Shown: positions 1-8,843 of the stretch, piece after piece
Numbering within the stretch: position 1 is the first letter of the stretch
Layout of the letters: each line of letters opens with the position of its first letter
From: Acidimicrobiales bacterium
GTDB lineage: Bacteria > Actinomycetota > Acidimicrobiia > Acidimicrobiales > VFJN01
Direction: 5' to 3'
Assembly (NCBI GenBank): GCA_036275535.1
Contig: DASUDP010000124.1
Location: 20,625-84,624 of the forward strand
DNA length: 64,000 nucleotides
Translations under genes and position numbers: made by a program
Notes under the pieces: model-generated
Seen by the model: the letters and a program-made list of their open reading frames with translations, nothing else
Databases searched by the model: none
Told to the model about the DNA's origin: nothing

Positions 1-2917
1 CGAGGTGGTCCCGAAGGTGCTCGACGCCATCTCCGAGCTGCACGAGTGGGGCGACCACTGCCTCGACTCCACCGACCGGCTCATGAACCAGATCGAGGGA
101 ATCGTCGACTTCGGTGACCGCCTGCGGGCCGCCGGGGACGACGACCTCGACCTCCTCGAGGTGCTCATCGAGGGCCGGCCCAGGTTCAGCACCAACCTGG
201 GCCGCAAGGACTCCTGGGCCAACGACTGCAAGCCCCTCGTGCAGGACGGCGTGCGGGCCGTGGAGTCGATGGTGGAGGAGGTGCGCCTCGGCGTCCTGCA
301 GGCCTGCGCCCGCCACCTCGGCAGCGCCATGCGCCACCACACCCTGGCCGCGGCCGAGGAGCGTCGGTCGGCCGGCGCACTCGAGTTCCACGACCTGCTC
401 GTGCTGGCCCGCCAGGTGCTGACCGATCCCCAGCACGGGGCCACAGTGCGCACCGCTCTCCACGACCGGTACCAGCGGCTCCTGCTCGACGAGTTCCAGG
501 ACACCGACCCCATCCAGATCGAGCTGGCGGTGCGCATCGCGGCCGCCGACCCGGCGACAGTCGACGCCGACCGCTGGATCGACGTCGCCGTCGAGCCGGG
601 CCGGCTGTTCGTGGTGGGCGACCCCAAGCAGTCGATCTACCGGTTCCGCCGGGCCGACATCAGCACGTTCCTGGAGGCCAAGGGCCACTTCGGCGCGCAG
701 GCGGGCGGCCCGGTGGAGCTCACCGCCAACTTCCGCACCGTCGAGCCGATCATCCACTGGGTCAACACCACCTTCGGCGCCCTCATGGCCGAGGAGCCGG
801 ACCACGACATCGCCGTGCCGTCCCAGCCCCCGTACGCCGCGCTCCAGGCCCAGCGGGGCGCGGTGCCGGCCGGCCCCGCCGTGGCGGTGGTCGGCGGCGA
901 TCCCCACCCCGCGAAGACCAAGGCCGACGTCGTCCGGGAGGCCGAGGCCCGCGACGTGGCCCACGCCATCTCGGTCGCCATGTCCGAGCAGTGGACCGTC
1001 CAGGACGGCCACGACGGCTGGCGAGCACCCACCCTCGGGGACATCACGATCCTCGTACCCGCCCGCACCTCGCTCCCCTTCCTCGAAGACGCCCTCGACG
1101 CCGCCCGCATCCCCTACCGCACCGAGTCGAGCTCGCTCGTGTACGCCAGCCGGGCCGTGCGAGACCTGCTCATGGTGCTCCGGGCCGCCGACGACCCCAC
1201 CGACCACCTCCGCATCGTCTCGGCGCTGCGGACGCCGCTCCTGGCCTGCGGCGACGACGACCTCTTCCGGCACAAGGTGCTGGCCACGCGCAGCTGGTCC
1301 TACAACACGCCGGACGGGCCCGACCCGGCCGACGGGCCGGTCGCCGCCGGGCTGGCCTTCCTGCGGGAGCTCCACGAGGCCCGGCACTGGCTGTCCCCGG
1401 CCGAGCTGCTCGATCGGATCGCCCGCGAGCGCCGGGCCCTCGAGCTCGGCTTCGCGGAGGGCCGCCCGCGCGACGTGTGGCGGCGCCTGCGCTTCGTCAT
1501 CGACCAGGCCCGGGCCTGGAGCGAGGCCACGGGGGGCAACCTGCGCGCTTACCTCCGCTGGGTCGACCAGCAGACCGCCGAGGGGGCCCGGGTCACCGAG
1601 TCCGTGCTGCCCGAGACCGACGACGACGCCGTGCGGATCATGACGATCCACGCCGCCAAGGGCCTCGAGTTCCCGATCACCATCGTCTCGGGCCTCTCCA
1701 CCGGCGCCACGACCCGCCGCAACCCCGTTGACGTGTACTTCCCCCGCGACGGCGGCCCGGTCGGCTACCGGCTGGGCAAGGACGTCGTCACCGAGGAGTT
1801 CGAGGACTGGAAGCCGATCGACGAGCAGATGGGCTACGACGAGCGCATCCGCCTCCTCTACGTGGCCTGCACCCGGGCCTGCGACCGCCTCGTCGTGTCG
1901 CTGCACCGGGTCACCCGCAAGGAGCCGCCCAAGCTCAAGCGCAGTCGCACCAACGCCGAGCTGCTCATCGACGGCATGGGCCCGCTGCGGGAGCACCTGC
2001 GGGACCTCAGCGGCACGGCCGAGCCGCTCACCCTCGATCCGTCCACGCTGCCCTCGCCGCCCGCTCCGTTCGCCGAATGGGAGGCCGCCCGGGAGGCGGC
2101 CCTGGCGGTGGCGGCGCGCCCCGGAGCGGTGGCCGCCACCGCCCTCACCGACGAGGGCGCCCCCGACTGGGGGACTGCCCTGGCCGCAGCGCCGCCGCCG
2201 CCCGCTCCCCCGCCCACCGAGTCCTCGCAGCCCAGCCTGTTCGACCTCGTTCCCGAACCGGCCACCCCCCGACCCCCCGGCCCGGCAGAGCTCGACGGGG
2301 AGCCCTCCGTCGTCCCCGAGCCCGACCCGGGCCTGCAGAAGCGCCCGCGCGACCTCGACCTGCCCCCGTGGTTGAAGGGCCGGTACGGCACGGCGGTGGG
2401 GCGGGCCGTCCACGGCGTGCTGCAGAGCATCGACCTCGCCACCGGCGAGGGGCTCGACGCCACCGCGGCCGCCCAGTGCCAGGCCGAAGCCGTCCCTGAC
2501 CGGGTCGCCGAGGTGCGTCGCCTCGTCGAGGACGCCCTGGGCTCCCCCAGCGTGCGGGCCGCCGCCGTCGCTCCCCACTGGCGGGAGGTCTACGCCTGCA
2601 CCCCGATCGGCGATCGCCTGCTCGAGGGCTACGTCGACCTCCTCTACCGGGTGGCCGACGGGCTCGTCGTGGTCGACCACAAGACGAGCGCCAGCGACGA
2701 CCCCGCCGAGCTCGACCGCCGCGTCGAGGGGTACCGCCTGCAGGGGGCCGCCTACGCGGTAGCGGTCGGGCAGGCCACCGCGGAGCCCGTCACCAAGGTG
2801 GTGTTCCTGTTCCTCACGCCCCACGGCGCCGTCGAGCGCGAGCTGGGCGACCTGCCCTCGGCCATGGCCGATGTGGAGCGCCTCGTCGCCGCCGGCCAGG
2901 AGCTCGTCACGCCCTGA
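1..2917 (+). CDS. UvrD/PcrA-type SF1 helicase fused to a C-terminal PD-(D/E)XK (RecB-family) nuclease, AdnB/AddA-like; 5' end outside the window
   Basis: ORF 5..2917 stays open to the window edge. Helicase motifs FQDTDPIQ, VGDPKQSIYRFRRAD, TIHAAKGLEFP and LLYVACTRA. C-terminal GYVDLLYR...LVVVDHKTS nuclease motif. A Pro-rich linker separates the two modules. Confidence 0.8.
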   Translation, partial: EVVPKVLDAISELHEWGDHCLDSTDRLMNQIEGIVDFGDRLRAAGDDDLDLLEVLIEGRPRFSTNLGRKDSWANDCKPLVQDGVRAVESMVEEVRLGVLQACARHLGSAMRHHTLAAAEERRSAGALEFHDLLVLARQVLTDPQHGATVRTALHDRYQRLLLDEFQDTDPIQIELAVRIAAADPATVDADRWIDVAVEPGRLFVVGDPKQSIYRFRRADISTFLEAKGHFGAQAGGPVELTANFRTVEPIIHWVNTTFGALMAEEPDHDIAVPSQPPYAALQAQRGAVPAGPAVAVVGGDPHPAKTKADVVREAEARDVAHAISVAMSEQWTVQDGHDGWRAPTLGDITILVPARTSLPFLEDALDAARIPYRTESSSLVYASRAVRDLLMVLRAADDPTDHLRIVSALRTPLLACGDDDLFRHKVLATRSWSYNTPDGPDPADGPVAAGLAFLRELHEARHWLSPAELLDRIARERRALELGFAEGRPRDVWRRLRFVIDQARAWSEATGGNLRAYLRWVDQQTAEGARVTESVLPETDDDAVRIMTIHAAKGLEFPITIVSGLSTGATTRRNPVDVYFPRDGGPVGYRLGKDVVTEEFEDWKPIDEQMGYDERIRLLYVACTRACDRLVVSLHRVTRKEPPKLKRSRTNAELLIDGMGPLREHLRDLSGTAEPLTLDPSTLPSPPAPFAEWEAAREAALAVAARPGAVAATALTDEGAPDWGTALAAAPPPPAPPPTESSQPSLFDLVPEPATPRPPGPAELDGEPSVVPEPDPGLQKRPRDLDLPPWLKGRYGTAVGRAVHGVLQSIDLATGEGLDATAAAQCQAEAVPDRVAEVRRLVEDALGSPSVRAAAVAPHWREVYACTPIGDRLLEGYVDLLYRVADGLVVVDHKTSASDDPAELDRRVEGYRLQGAAYAVAVGQATAEPVTKVVFLFLTPHGAVERELGDLPSAMADVERLVAAGQELVTP

Positions 2918-2939
2918 CGCCGGTAGCGTCGCCCGGGTG

Positions 2940-3593
2940 ATGCTGGCCGCCACACCCGACTCGTCGGTCTCCCGGCGCCTCGGCACCCTCGCCCTCGGGC
3001 TCGTGCTGGTGGCGACCGGCGTGGCGATGATGATCCGGGCCGAGGTGGGCGTGGCGCCCTACGACGTGCTGACCACGGGCCTGGCCGAGCTGACCGACCT
3101 CGACGTCGGCGTGGCGGCCATGGTCGTGCCGCTCGTGTTCACCGCGCTCGGGTGGGCCATCGGTCGCCGCCCGGGACCGGGGACCGTCCTCGCCGTGCTG
3201 CTCGTGGGCCCGATCCTGGGGGTAGTGCTCGACGCCCTCCCCGACCACGAGGCGATGGCGGCGCGCCTGCCCCTGTTCGTGGGCGGCTTCGTGCTCATCG
3301 CCGCCGGGATCACCGCCGTCGTCGTCGCCGAGATCGGGCCCGGGCCGGCCGAGGTCCTCATGCTGGCCATCCACGAGCGGGGGTACCCCCTGGCCCCGGT
3401 GCGCACCGGCATCGAGGTCACCTGCGTCGCCGTGGGCTGGGCCCTCGGCGGCCAGATCGGCGTCGGCACCGTCGTCGTCGCCCTGCTCATCGGCCCCCTC
3501 CTGCGCTGGATGCTCTCGACCGCCGGCTACCCCGCCGCCACGGCGGAGCGGCCCCTCGACGAGGCCGTGGACTGCGCCGCGCCCGGCGCCTGA
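2940..3593 (+). CDS. Polytopic membrane protein, YczE/YitT-like
   Basis: ATG at 2940 lies inside ORF 2871..3593, whose earlier part overlaps the upstream gene. Several hydrophobic spans. The MIRAEVGVAPYDVLTTGL motif resembles the YczE family. The functional assignment is weak. Confidence 0.55.
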   Translation: MLAATPDSSVSRRLGTLALGLVLVATGVAMMIRAEVGVAPYDVLTTGLAELTDLDVGVAAMVVPLVFTALGWAIGRRPGPGTVLAVLLVGPILGVVLDALPDHEAMAARLPLFVGGFVLIAAGITAVVVAEIGPGPAEVLMLAIHERGYPLAPVRTGIEVTCVAVGWALGGQIGVGTVVVALLIGPLLRWMLSTAGYPAATAERPLDEAVDCAAPGA

Positions 3594-3614
3594 GCGCAGC
3601 CACGGGGCCCGGCG

Positions 3615-5537
3615 ATGTCGGATCGGGCCGGTAGCGTCGGGCAGGTGCCCGACGCCGTCACCGCCGCCCTCCAGCGCGTCGTGGCCGAACTCCCCGGCGG
3701 GGGCGAGGCTCGTCCGGGCCAGGTCGAGATGGCCGCGGCCGTGACCGCCGCCATCAGCGGCAAGCGCCACCTCGCCGTCCAGGCCGGCACGGGCACCGGC
3801 AAGACGCTGGCCTACCTCGTGCCCATGATCCTGTCCCGCAAGAAGGTGGTCGTGGCCACCGCCACGAAGGCCTTGCAGGACCAGCTGGCGGGCAAGGACC
3901 TGCCCTTCCTGCAGGCCCACCTGCCGGAGCACTTCGAGTGGGCCGTCCTCAAGGGCCGATCCAACTACCTCTGCCTCCAGCGGCTCTCCGAGCTGGCTGC
4001 CCGCGACGACCACGGCGAGCAGCTCGGCCTCGACGGGGTCGCCCAGCGAGCCCCCGCCGACGAGCTGCTGGCGCTGGCCCGGTGGTCGGCCACCACCCAG
4101 ACGGGTGACCGGGCCGAGCTCGACGTCGAGCCGTCCGACCGGGCCTGGGCCGCGGTCAGCGTGAGCGCCCGGGAGTGCCCGGGCGCCAGCCGGTGCCCGA
4201 GCGGCGGCGTCTGCTTCGCGGAGGGCGCCCGGCTGCGTGCCAACGAGGCGGACGTGGTCGTCGTGAACCTCCACCTCTACGGCCTCGACCTGGCGGCCGG
4301 GGGCATGATCCTCCCCGAGCACGACGTCGTGGTCGTCGACGAGGCCCACCAGCTCGAGGAGATCGTCTCCGCCACGAGCGGGGTCGACCTCACGGGCGGG
4401 CGCTTCACCGACCTGGCCCGCCGCACCCGGGGCGTCATCGCGGACGACCAGATCGCAGCGGGCGTCGACGACGCCGGCCGGATGCTCACCGAGGCCCTCC
4501 GCCCCCATCGCGACCACCGCCTGCGGGCCCTGCCCGACGACCTGGGCGGCGTGCTGGCCGTGGCGCGGGGCCGGGTGGAGCGGGTGCTGGCGGCCGCCCG
4601 GGCCGTGCCGAGCGACGCGCCCGAGGAGAGCCGCTCGAGGGCGCTGCGCGTCCAGCAGTCGGCCAGCGCCCTGCTGGAGGACTTGGAGGCCGTCGAGCTG
4701 GTCACGGCCAGCCAGGTGATGTGGGTGGAGGGATCCGAGGCCAACCCGGTGCTGCGGGTGGCGCCCATCGACGTCTCCGGCCTCCTGCGCGAGGCCCTCT
4801 GGTCGAAGCGCCCGGCGGTGCTGACCAGCGCCACGCTGCCCGCCCACCTCCCTGACCGCCTCGGCCTGCTCCATGACGAGGTCACCGAGCTCGATGTGGG
4901 CAGCCCCTTCGACTACCAAGCCCACGCCCTGCTCTACTGCGCCGCCCACCTCCCGGATCCCCGCAGCGCCGCCTACCTCGAGGCGATGGTGACCGAGCTG
5001 GGTGAGCTCATCGCCGCTGCCGGCGGGCGCACCCTGGGCCTCTTCACCAGCTTCCGGGTGCTCGACGAGGCGGCCGCCGCCCTCCAGGCCCGGCTCGACG
5101 TGGAGATCCTCACCCAGCGCTCCCTGCCCAAGGCCAAGCTCCTCGAGCGCTTCATGGTCGAGGAGGAGACGTGCCTGTTCGCGACCATGGGGTTCTGGCA
5201 GGGGGTCGACGTGCCGGGCCGCTCGCTCAGCCTGGTCGCCATCGACCGCATCCCCTTCGGCCGTCCGGACGAACCGCTCCTCCAGGCCCGCCGGGAGAGT
5301 GCAGGAGCCGCCGCCTTCCGCCTCATCGACCTGCCCCGGGCCACGACGCTCCTGGCCCAGGGCGCCGGACGGCTCATCCGCTCCGCCTCCGACACCGGGG
5401 TGGTGGCCGTGCTCGACCCCCGCCTGGCCACCGCCGGCTACCGCTGGGACGTCGTCAACGCGCTCCCCCCCATGCGCCGCACGAAGGACCCCGCCGAGGC
5501 GCGCCGCACCCTCGAGGCCATCCGCCAGGGCGCCTGA
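3615..5537 (+). CDS. dinG: DinG/XPD-family ATP-dependent DNA helicase
   Basis: Walker A AGTGTGKTLAYL and DEAH box VVVDEAHQLEE. A Cys cluster (NYLCL..., ECPGASRCPSGGVCF) sits where the family Fe-S domain lies. C-terminal helicase motifs (TSATL, FWQGVDVPG). Confidence 0.8.
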   Translation: MSDRAGSVGQVPDAVTAALQRVVAELPGGGEARPGQVEMAAAVTAAISGKRHLAVQAGTGTGKTLAYLVPMILSRKKVVVATATKALQDQLAGKDLPFLQAHLPEHFEWAVLKGRSNYLCLQRLSELAARDDHGEQLGLDGVAQRAPADELLALARWSATTQTGDRAELDVEPSDRAWAAVSVSARECPGASRCPSGGVCFAEGARLRANEADVVVVNLHLYGLDLAAGGMILPEHDVVVVDEAHQLEEIVSATSGVDLTGGRFTDLARRTRGVIADDQIAAGVDDAGRMLTEALRPHRDHRLRALPDDLGGVLAVARGRVERVLAAARAVPSDAPEESRSRALRVQQSASALLEDLEAVELVTASQVMWVEGSEANPVLRVAPIDVSGLLREALWSKRPAVLTSATLPAHLPDRLGLLHDEVTELDVGSPFDYQAHALLYCAAHLPDPRSAAYLEAMVTELGELIAAAGGRTLGLFTSFRVLDEAAAALQARLDVEILTQRSLPKAKLLERFMVEEETCLFATMGFWQGVDVPGRSLSLVAIDRIPFGRPDEPLLQARRESAGAAAFRLIDLPRATTLLAQGAGRLIRSASDTGVVAVLDPRLATAGYRWDVVNALPPMRRTKDPAEARRTLEAIRQGA

Positions 5538-5582
5538 CTAGGGTCGACATGGAGCACGGGCGACCCGGGTAGACCTGCACCC

Positions 5583-6890
5583 ATGCCCGTCGCGCCCTCG
5601 CCCGCCCACCTGCCCGCCCGCCCGGCGCCGGCCAGCCCGCCACCGTCGCCGAACGAGGAACGCAAGCGCCGGCAGCTCGTGACCACCCGCCGTCGGGCCA
5701 CCGCCCTCTTGGCCGTCGTAGCGGCCGTCTTCGTCGGCACGGTCGTGGCGGGTGCCGAGGGCGGCTCGTGGCTGGGCTACGTGCAGGCCACCGCGGAGGC
5801 GTCGATGGTGGGCGGGCTGGCCGACTGGTTCGCCGTGGTGGCCCTCTTCCGGCACCCCCTCGGCGTGCCGATCCCGCACACGGCCATCATCACCGAGCGC
5901 AAGGAGCAGTTCGGCGAGACGCTGGGCGAGTTCATCCAGTCGAGCTTCATGACCCCCGACGCCATCGGGGAGCGGGTCCTCGCCGCCCGGCCCGGCCACC
6001 GCCTGGGGCTCTGGCTGTCGGAGCCCGACAAGGCGGACCGGCTGGCCGGGCACCTCCTCGGCGGCGCCGTCGAGGTCACCGAGCTCCTCGAGGACGACGT
6101 CGTCCACGACCTGCTCGAGGGCCTCGTCCGTGATCGGCTCGAGTCCACCTCGGTGGTGCCGCTGGCCGGCAAGGCGCTGGCCGCCCTCACCAAGGGCGGC
6201 CGCCACGACGAGGTGGTCGACGCCGCCCTCCGCGGGCTCGACCGCTACCTCGACGACCGGCGCGACGACCTGCGCTCCCGGTTCCGGGACCAGGCCCCCT
6301 GGTGGCTGCCCGGGGCCGTGGAGGACCGGATCTTCGAGCGCCTCCTCGACGGCGTTCGGGCCGTGCTCGACGACATGGCCAACGACCGGGGCCACGGCAT
6401 GCGCCAGGCCCTGAACGAGCGGATCCTGGCCTTCGTCCACGACCTCCAGCACGACCCCGCGCTGCGGGCTCGGGGCGAGCAGCTCACCCGCGATCTGCTC
6501 GAGCAGCCCGAGGTGCGCACCTGGGTGGCGTCGATCTGGACCGACGCCAAGGCCCAGATCCGGGCGCAGGCCGGCGACGACGGGTCGCGCCTGCGCACCC
6601 AGCTGGCAGGCGCCATCGTCTCCGGGGGGCAGCGCCTGCTGACCGAGCCGGCCCTGTCGGCCAAGGTCGACGACGGTGCCGAGGCGGCCGCCCGCTACGT
6701 GGTCGAGCACTTCGGCCACGAGATCACCCGGCTGGTCTCCGACACGATCGCCCGGTGGGACGGCGAGGAGACGAGCCGCCGCCTCGAGCTGCTCCTCGGC
6801 CCGGACCTTCAGTTCATCCGCATCAACGGCACCGTCGTCGGCGGCCTGGCCGGCCTAGCCCTCCATGCCATCGCCCAGGCCCTCGGCTGA
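5583..6890 (+). CDS. DUF445-family membrane-associated protein
   Basis: LADWFAVVALFRHPLGVPIPHTAIITERKEQFGETLGEFIQ and the C-terminal FIRINGTVVGGLAGL are typical of DUF445 (YjiN-like) proteins. Confidence 0.7.
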   Translation: MPVAPSPAHLPARPAPASPPPSPNEERKRRQLVTTRRRATALLAVVAAVFVGTVVAGAEGGSWLGYVQATAEASMVGGLADWFAVVALFRHPLGVPIPHTAIITERKEQFGETLGEFIQSSFMTPDAIGERVLAARPGHRLGLWLSEPDKADRLAGHLLGGAVEVTELLEDDVVHDLLEGLVRDRLESTSVVPLAGKALAALTKGGRHDEVVDAALRGLDRYLDDRRDDLRSRFRDQAPWWLPGAVEDRIFERLLDGVRAVLDDMANDRGHGMRQALNERILAFVHDLQHDPALRARGEQLTRDLLEQPEVRTWVASIWTDAKAQIRAQAGDDGSRLRTQLAGAIVSGGQRLLTEPALSAKVDDGAEAAARYVVEHFGHEITRLVSDTIARWDGEETSRRLELLLGPDLQFIRINGTVVGGLAGLALHAIAQALG

Positions 6891-6914
6891 CGGCAGGCCG
6901 GGTCCCCACCCTGC

Positions 6915-7096
6915 GTGGCGGTGCGCAGCGACGACGAGTCCTCCGAGGACACCACCGCCACCACGGAGGCGCCCAGCACCGACGCGCCCGAGGCCATGGC
7001 CAACCTGCAGACGATCATGGGTCCCTGGGCTCCGACGAGGTGCAAGAGGCCAGCAACAACCTCCAGGCCTACGTGTCCGCCTGCTGCGGGGGCTGA
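6915..7096 (+). pseudogene. Small acidic ORF split over two frames, ending ...LQAYVSACCGG; frameshifted gene or assembly error
   Basis: Third-position G+C is high in the frame of GTG 6915 up to about 7019 (…EAMANLQTIMG). It then switches to the frame ending at TGA 7094-7096 (SLGSDEVQEASNNLQAYVSACCGG). The second frame has no start codon nearby, and a 1-nt indel at ATGGGTCC (7017-7024) would join the two. Confidence 0.3.
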
Positions 7097-7161
7097 CCAA
7101 CGGACCTCGCCCCGCCACCGGGCGGTAGGAACGGGCCACGGCCCGGGCGAACCTCCTCTGG

Positions 7162-8010
7162 ATGGCCGATCCGACCCTGACCAGCGAGCCTCCCCTCCCC
7201 CGCCTGCTGATCATCGGCGCGCCCAAAGCGGGCACGACGACGCTGGCCGCGTGGTGGGACCTGCACCCCTTGGGGTTCACCGCGCCCGATAAGGAAGTGC
7301 AGTACTTCAACGTGTACCACGAGCGCGGCCAGGCCTGGTACCGCCGGCAGTTCCGGGGGATGGGCTCGGCGCAGGTGGGCTGCGATGCCTCACCTGGCTA
7401 CCTCTACGTACCCCATGCGCTCACCCGGATTCGGCGGGAGATCCCCGAGGCGCGGCTCGTGGCGGTGCTGCGAGAGCCCGCCACTCGGGTCTGGTCGCAC
7501 TGGTGCTACTTCACAGCCCTCGGCGCGGAGATCCGGCCCTTCCACGAGGTGGTGGCGGACGCCGAGGTCGGGTTCAGTGCACGCGGCGTCGACTACGCCC
7601 TGTTCAGTCGCTACCTCGCTCCGCTCCGGGAGGTGGTGGACCGGTTCGGACGTGACCAGCTCCTGGTGCTGTTCACCGACGAGATGCGGGCGGATCGTCA
7701 GGGTGTGTTCGACCGGCTTTGCGACCACGCCGGCGTCGAGCGAGCCCCGCTCCCCGACACCCCCGACCGCAACCAGGGGACGTTTCCGCGATCAGCACGC
7801 GCTCAACGGCTCTTGCAGCAGGCGCGGGCGGGCCATTGGCCGGCCGGGATCGGGCGTCGCCTGATGGCGGCAAACGCCTCGGCCAGCGGGCCACCCGCGG
7901 CCGACCCTGAGCTGCTCGATCGACTGCGAGCCATCTTCACCCCGGACCTCGGACGGCTGCAAGACTGGCTCGGTCGGCCGCTACCAGCGACGTGGGGAGC
8001 CACTCAGTAG
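7162..8010 (+). CDS. Sulfotransferase-family protein (PAPS-dependent type)
   Basis: 5'-phosphosulfate-binding loop LLIIGAPKAGTTTL and 3'-phosphate motif VLREPATRVWSHW. The 3' end overlaps the era stop region by 7 nt, convergently. Confidence 0.75.
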   Translation: MADPTLTSEPPLPRLLIIGAPKAGTTTLAAWWDLHPLGFTAPDKEVQYFNVYHERGQAWYRRQFRGMGSAQVGCDASPGYLYVPHALTRIRREIPEARLVAVLREPATRVWSHWCYFTALGAEIRPFHEVVADAEVGFSARGVDYALFSRYLAPLREVVDRFGRDQLLVLFTDEMRADRQGVFDRLCDHAGVERAPLPDTPDRNQGTFPRSARAQRLLQQARAGHWPAGIGRRLMAANASASGPPAADPELLDRLRAIFTPDLGRLQDWLGRPLPATWGATQ

Positions 8011-8843
8011 CCGAAGCGCTCCATGGCCTTGGGCCGGCTCTGCCAGTCCTTGTCGACCTTCACGATGAGCTCGAGGTAGGTGCCCTCGGGGAGCTGCTGG
8101 CGCACGGCGGTGCCGACCTCCTTCAGCACCTGGCCCTTGTGCCCGATGACGATCCCCTTCTGGCTGGGCCGCTCGACGAGGATCTCGCAGCGGATGAGCG
8201 GCCAGTCCCACTCGACGACCCGGGCCGCGATCGAGTGGGGCAGCTCGTCCCGGGTGCGGCGCAGCAGCTGCTCGCGCACGAGCTCGGCCACCATGAACGC
8301 CTCCGGCACGTCGGTGACCATGTCGTCGGGGAAGTACTGGGGGCCGTCGGGCAGGCGACCGATGAGGTGTTCGACCAGGGCGTCGACCCCGTCGCCGGTC
8401 TTGGCCGACACCGGGAAGTACTCGCTCAGCTGGAGCCCGGCGGCGGCCACCAGCTGCTCGGCCACCGCCCCCTTCGACGCCTTGTCGACCTTGTTGACCA
8501 CGCACACGGCGTCCTTGGGCACGAGGTTGGCCACCCACTGGTCGCCCCGCCCGAACGGCTGGGTGGCGTCGAGGACGAAGCACACGATGTCGACGTCGCC
8601 GATCGTGCCCTGGGCGGTGGCGTTCAGGCGGGTGCCCAGCTGGGTGCGGGGCTTGTGGATGCCCGGGGTGTCGACGAACACGACCTGGGCGTCGGGGCGG
8701 GTGAGCACGCCCATGATGCGGGTGCGGGTCGTCTGGGGCTTGTCGGAGGTGATGGCCACCTTGGTGCCGAGGATCCGGTTGAGGAGGGTGGACTTCCCGA
8801 CGTTGGGGCGACCGACGAAGGTGACGAAGCCGGAGCGCATCAC
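8004..8843 (-). CDS. era: GTPase Era
   Basis: G1 GRPNVGKSTLLN, G3 DTPG and G4 NKVD, with a C-terminal KH-like region (IVIGHKGQVLKEVG). Start is GTG 8843 or ATG 8840, overlapping the upstream stop. Confidence 0.9.
   Translation of the reverse strand: MMRSGFVTFVGRPNVGKSTLLNRILGTKVAITSDKPQTTRTRIMGVLTRPDAQVVFVDTPGIHKPRTQLGTRLNATAQGTIGDVDIVCFVLDATQPFGRGDQWVANLVPKDAVCVVNKVDKASKGAVAEQLVAAAGLQLSEYFPVSAKTGDGVDALVEHLIGRLPDGPQYFPDDMVTDVPEAFMVAELVREQLLRRTRDELPHSIAARVVEWDWPLIRCEILVERPSQKGIVIGHKGQVLKEVGTAVRQQLPEGTYLELIVKVDKDWQSRPKAMERFGY

Noticed and set aside
2907-4949. 680-aa ORF on the minus strand. Similar very long ORFs include 24004..26673(+), 58338..61097(+), 59614..61839(-), 13863..15977(-), 10827..13148(+), 51723..53615(-) and 54075..55895(-).
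   Set aside because: Their translations are Arg/Gly/Pro/Ala/His-rich low-complexity strings with no motifs. Each lies antisense to, or out of frame with, a gene that has clear family motifs. These are the stop-poor shadow frames typical of very high-G+C DNA.
6888-7096. Possible TGA read-through or selenocysteine extension of the DUF445 protein. The coding-like frame downstream is the same frame as DUF445.
   Set aside because: DUF445 proteins normally end right after the ...INGTVVGGLAGL segment, as this one does. I saw no SECIS-like hairpin after the TGA, and the downstream signal itself needs a frameshift. It is reported instead as a separate broken small ORF.
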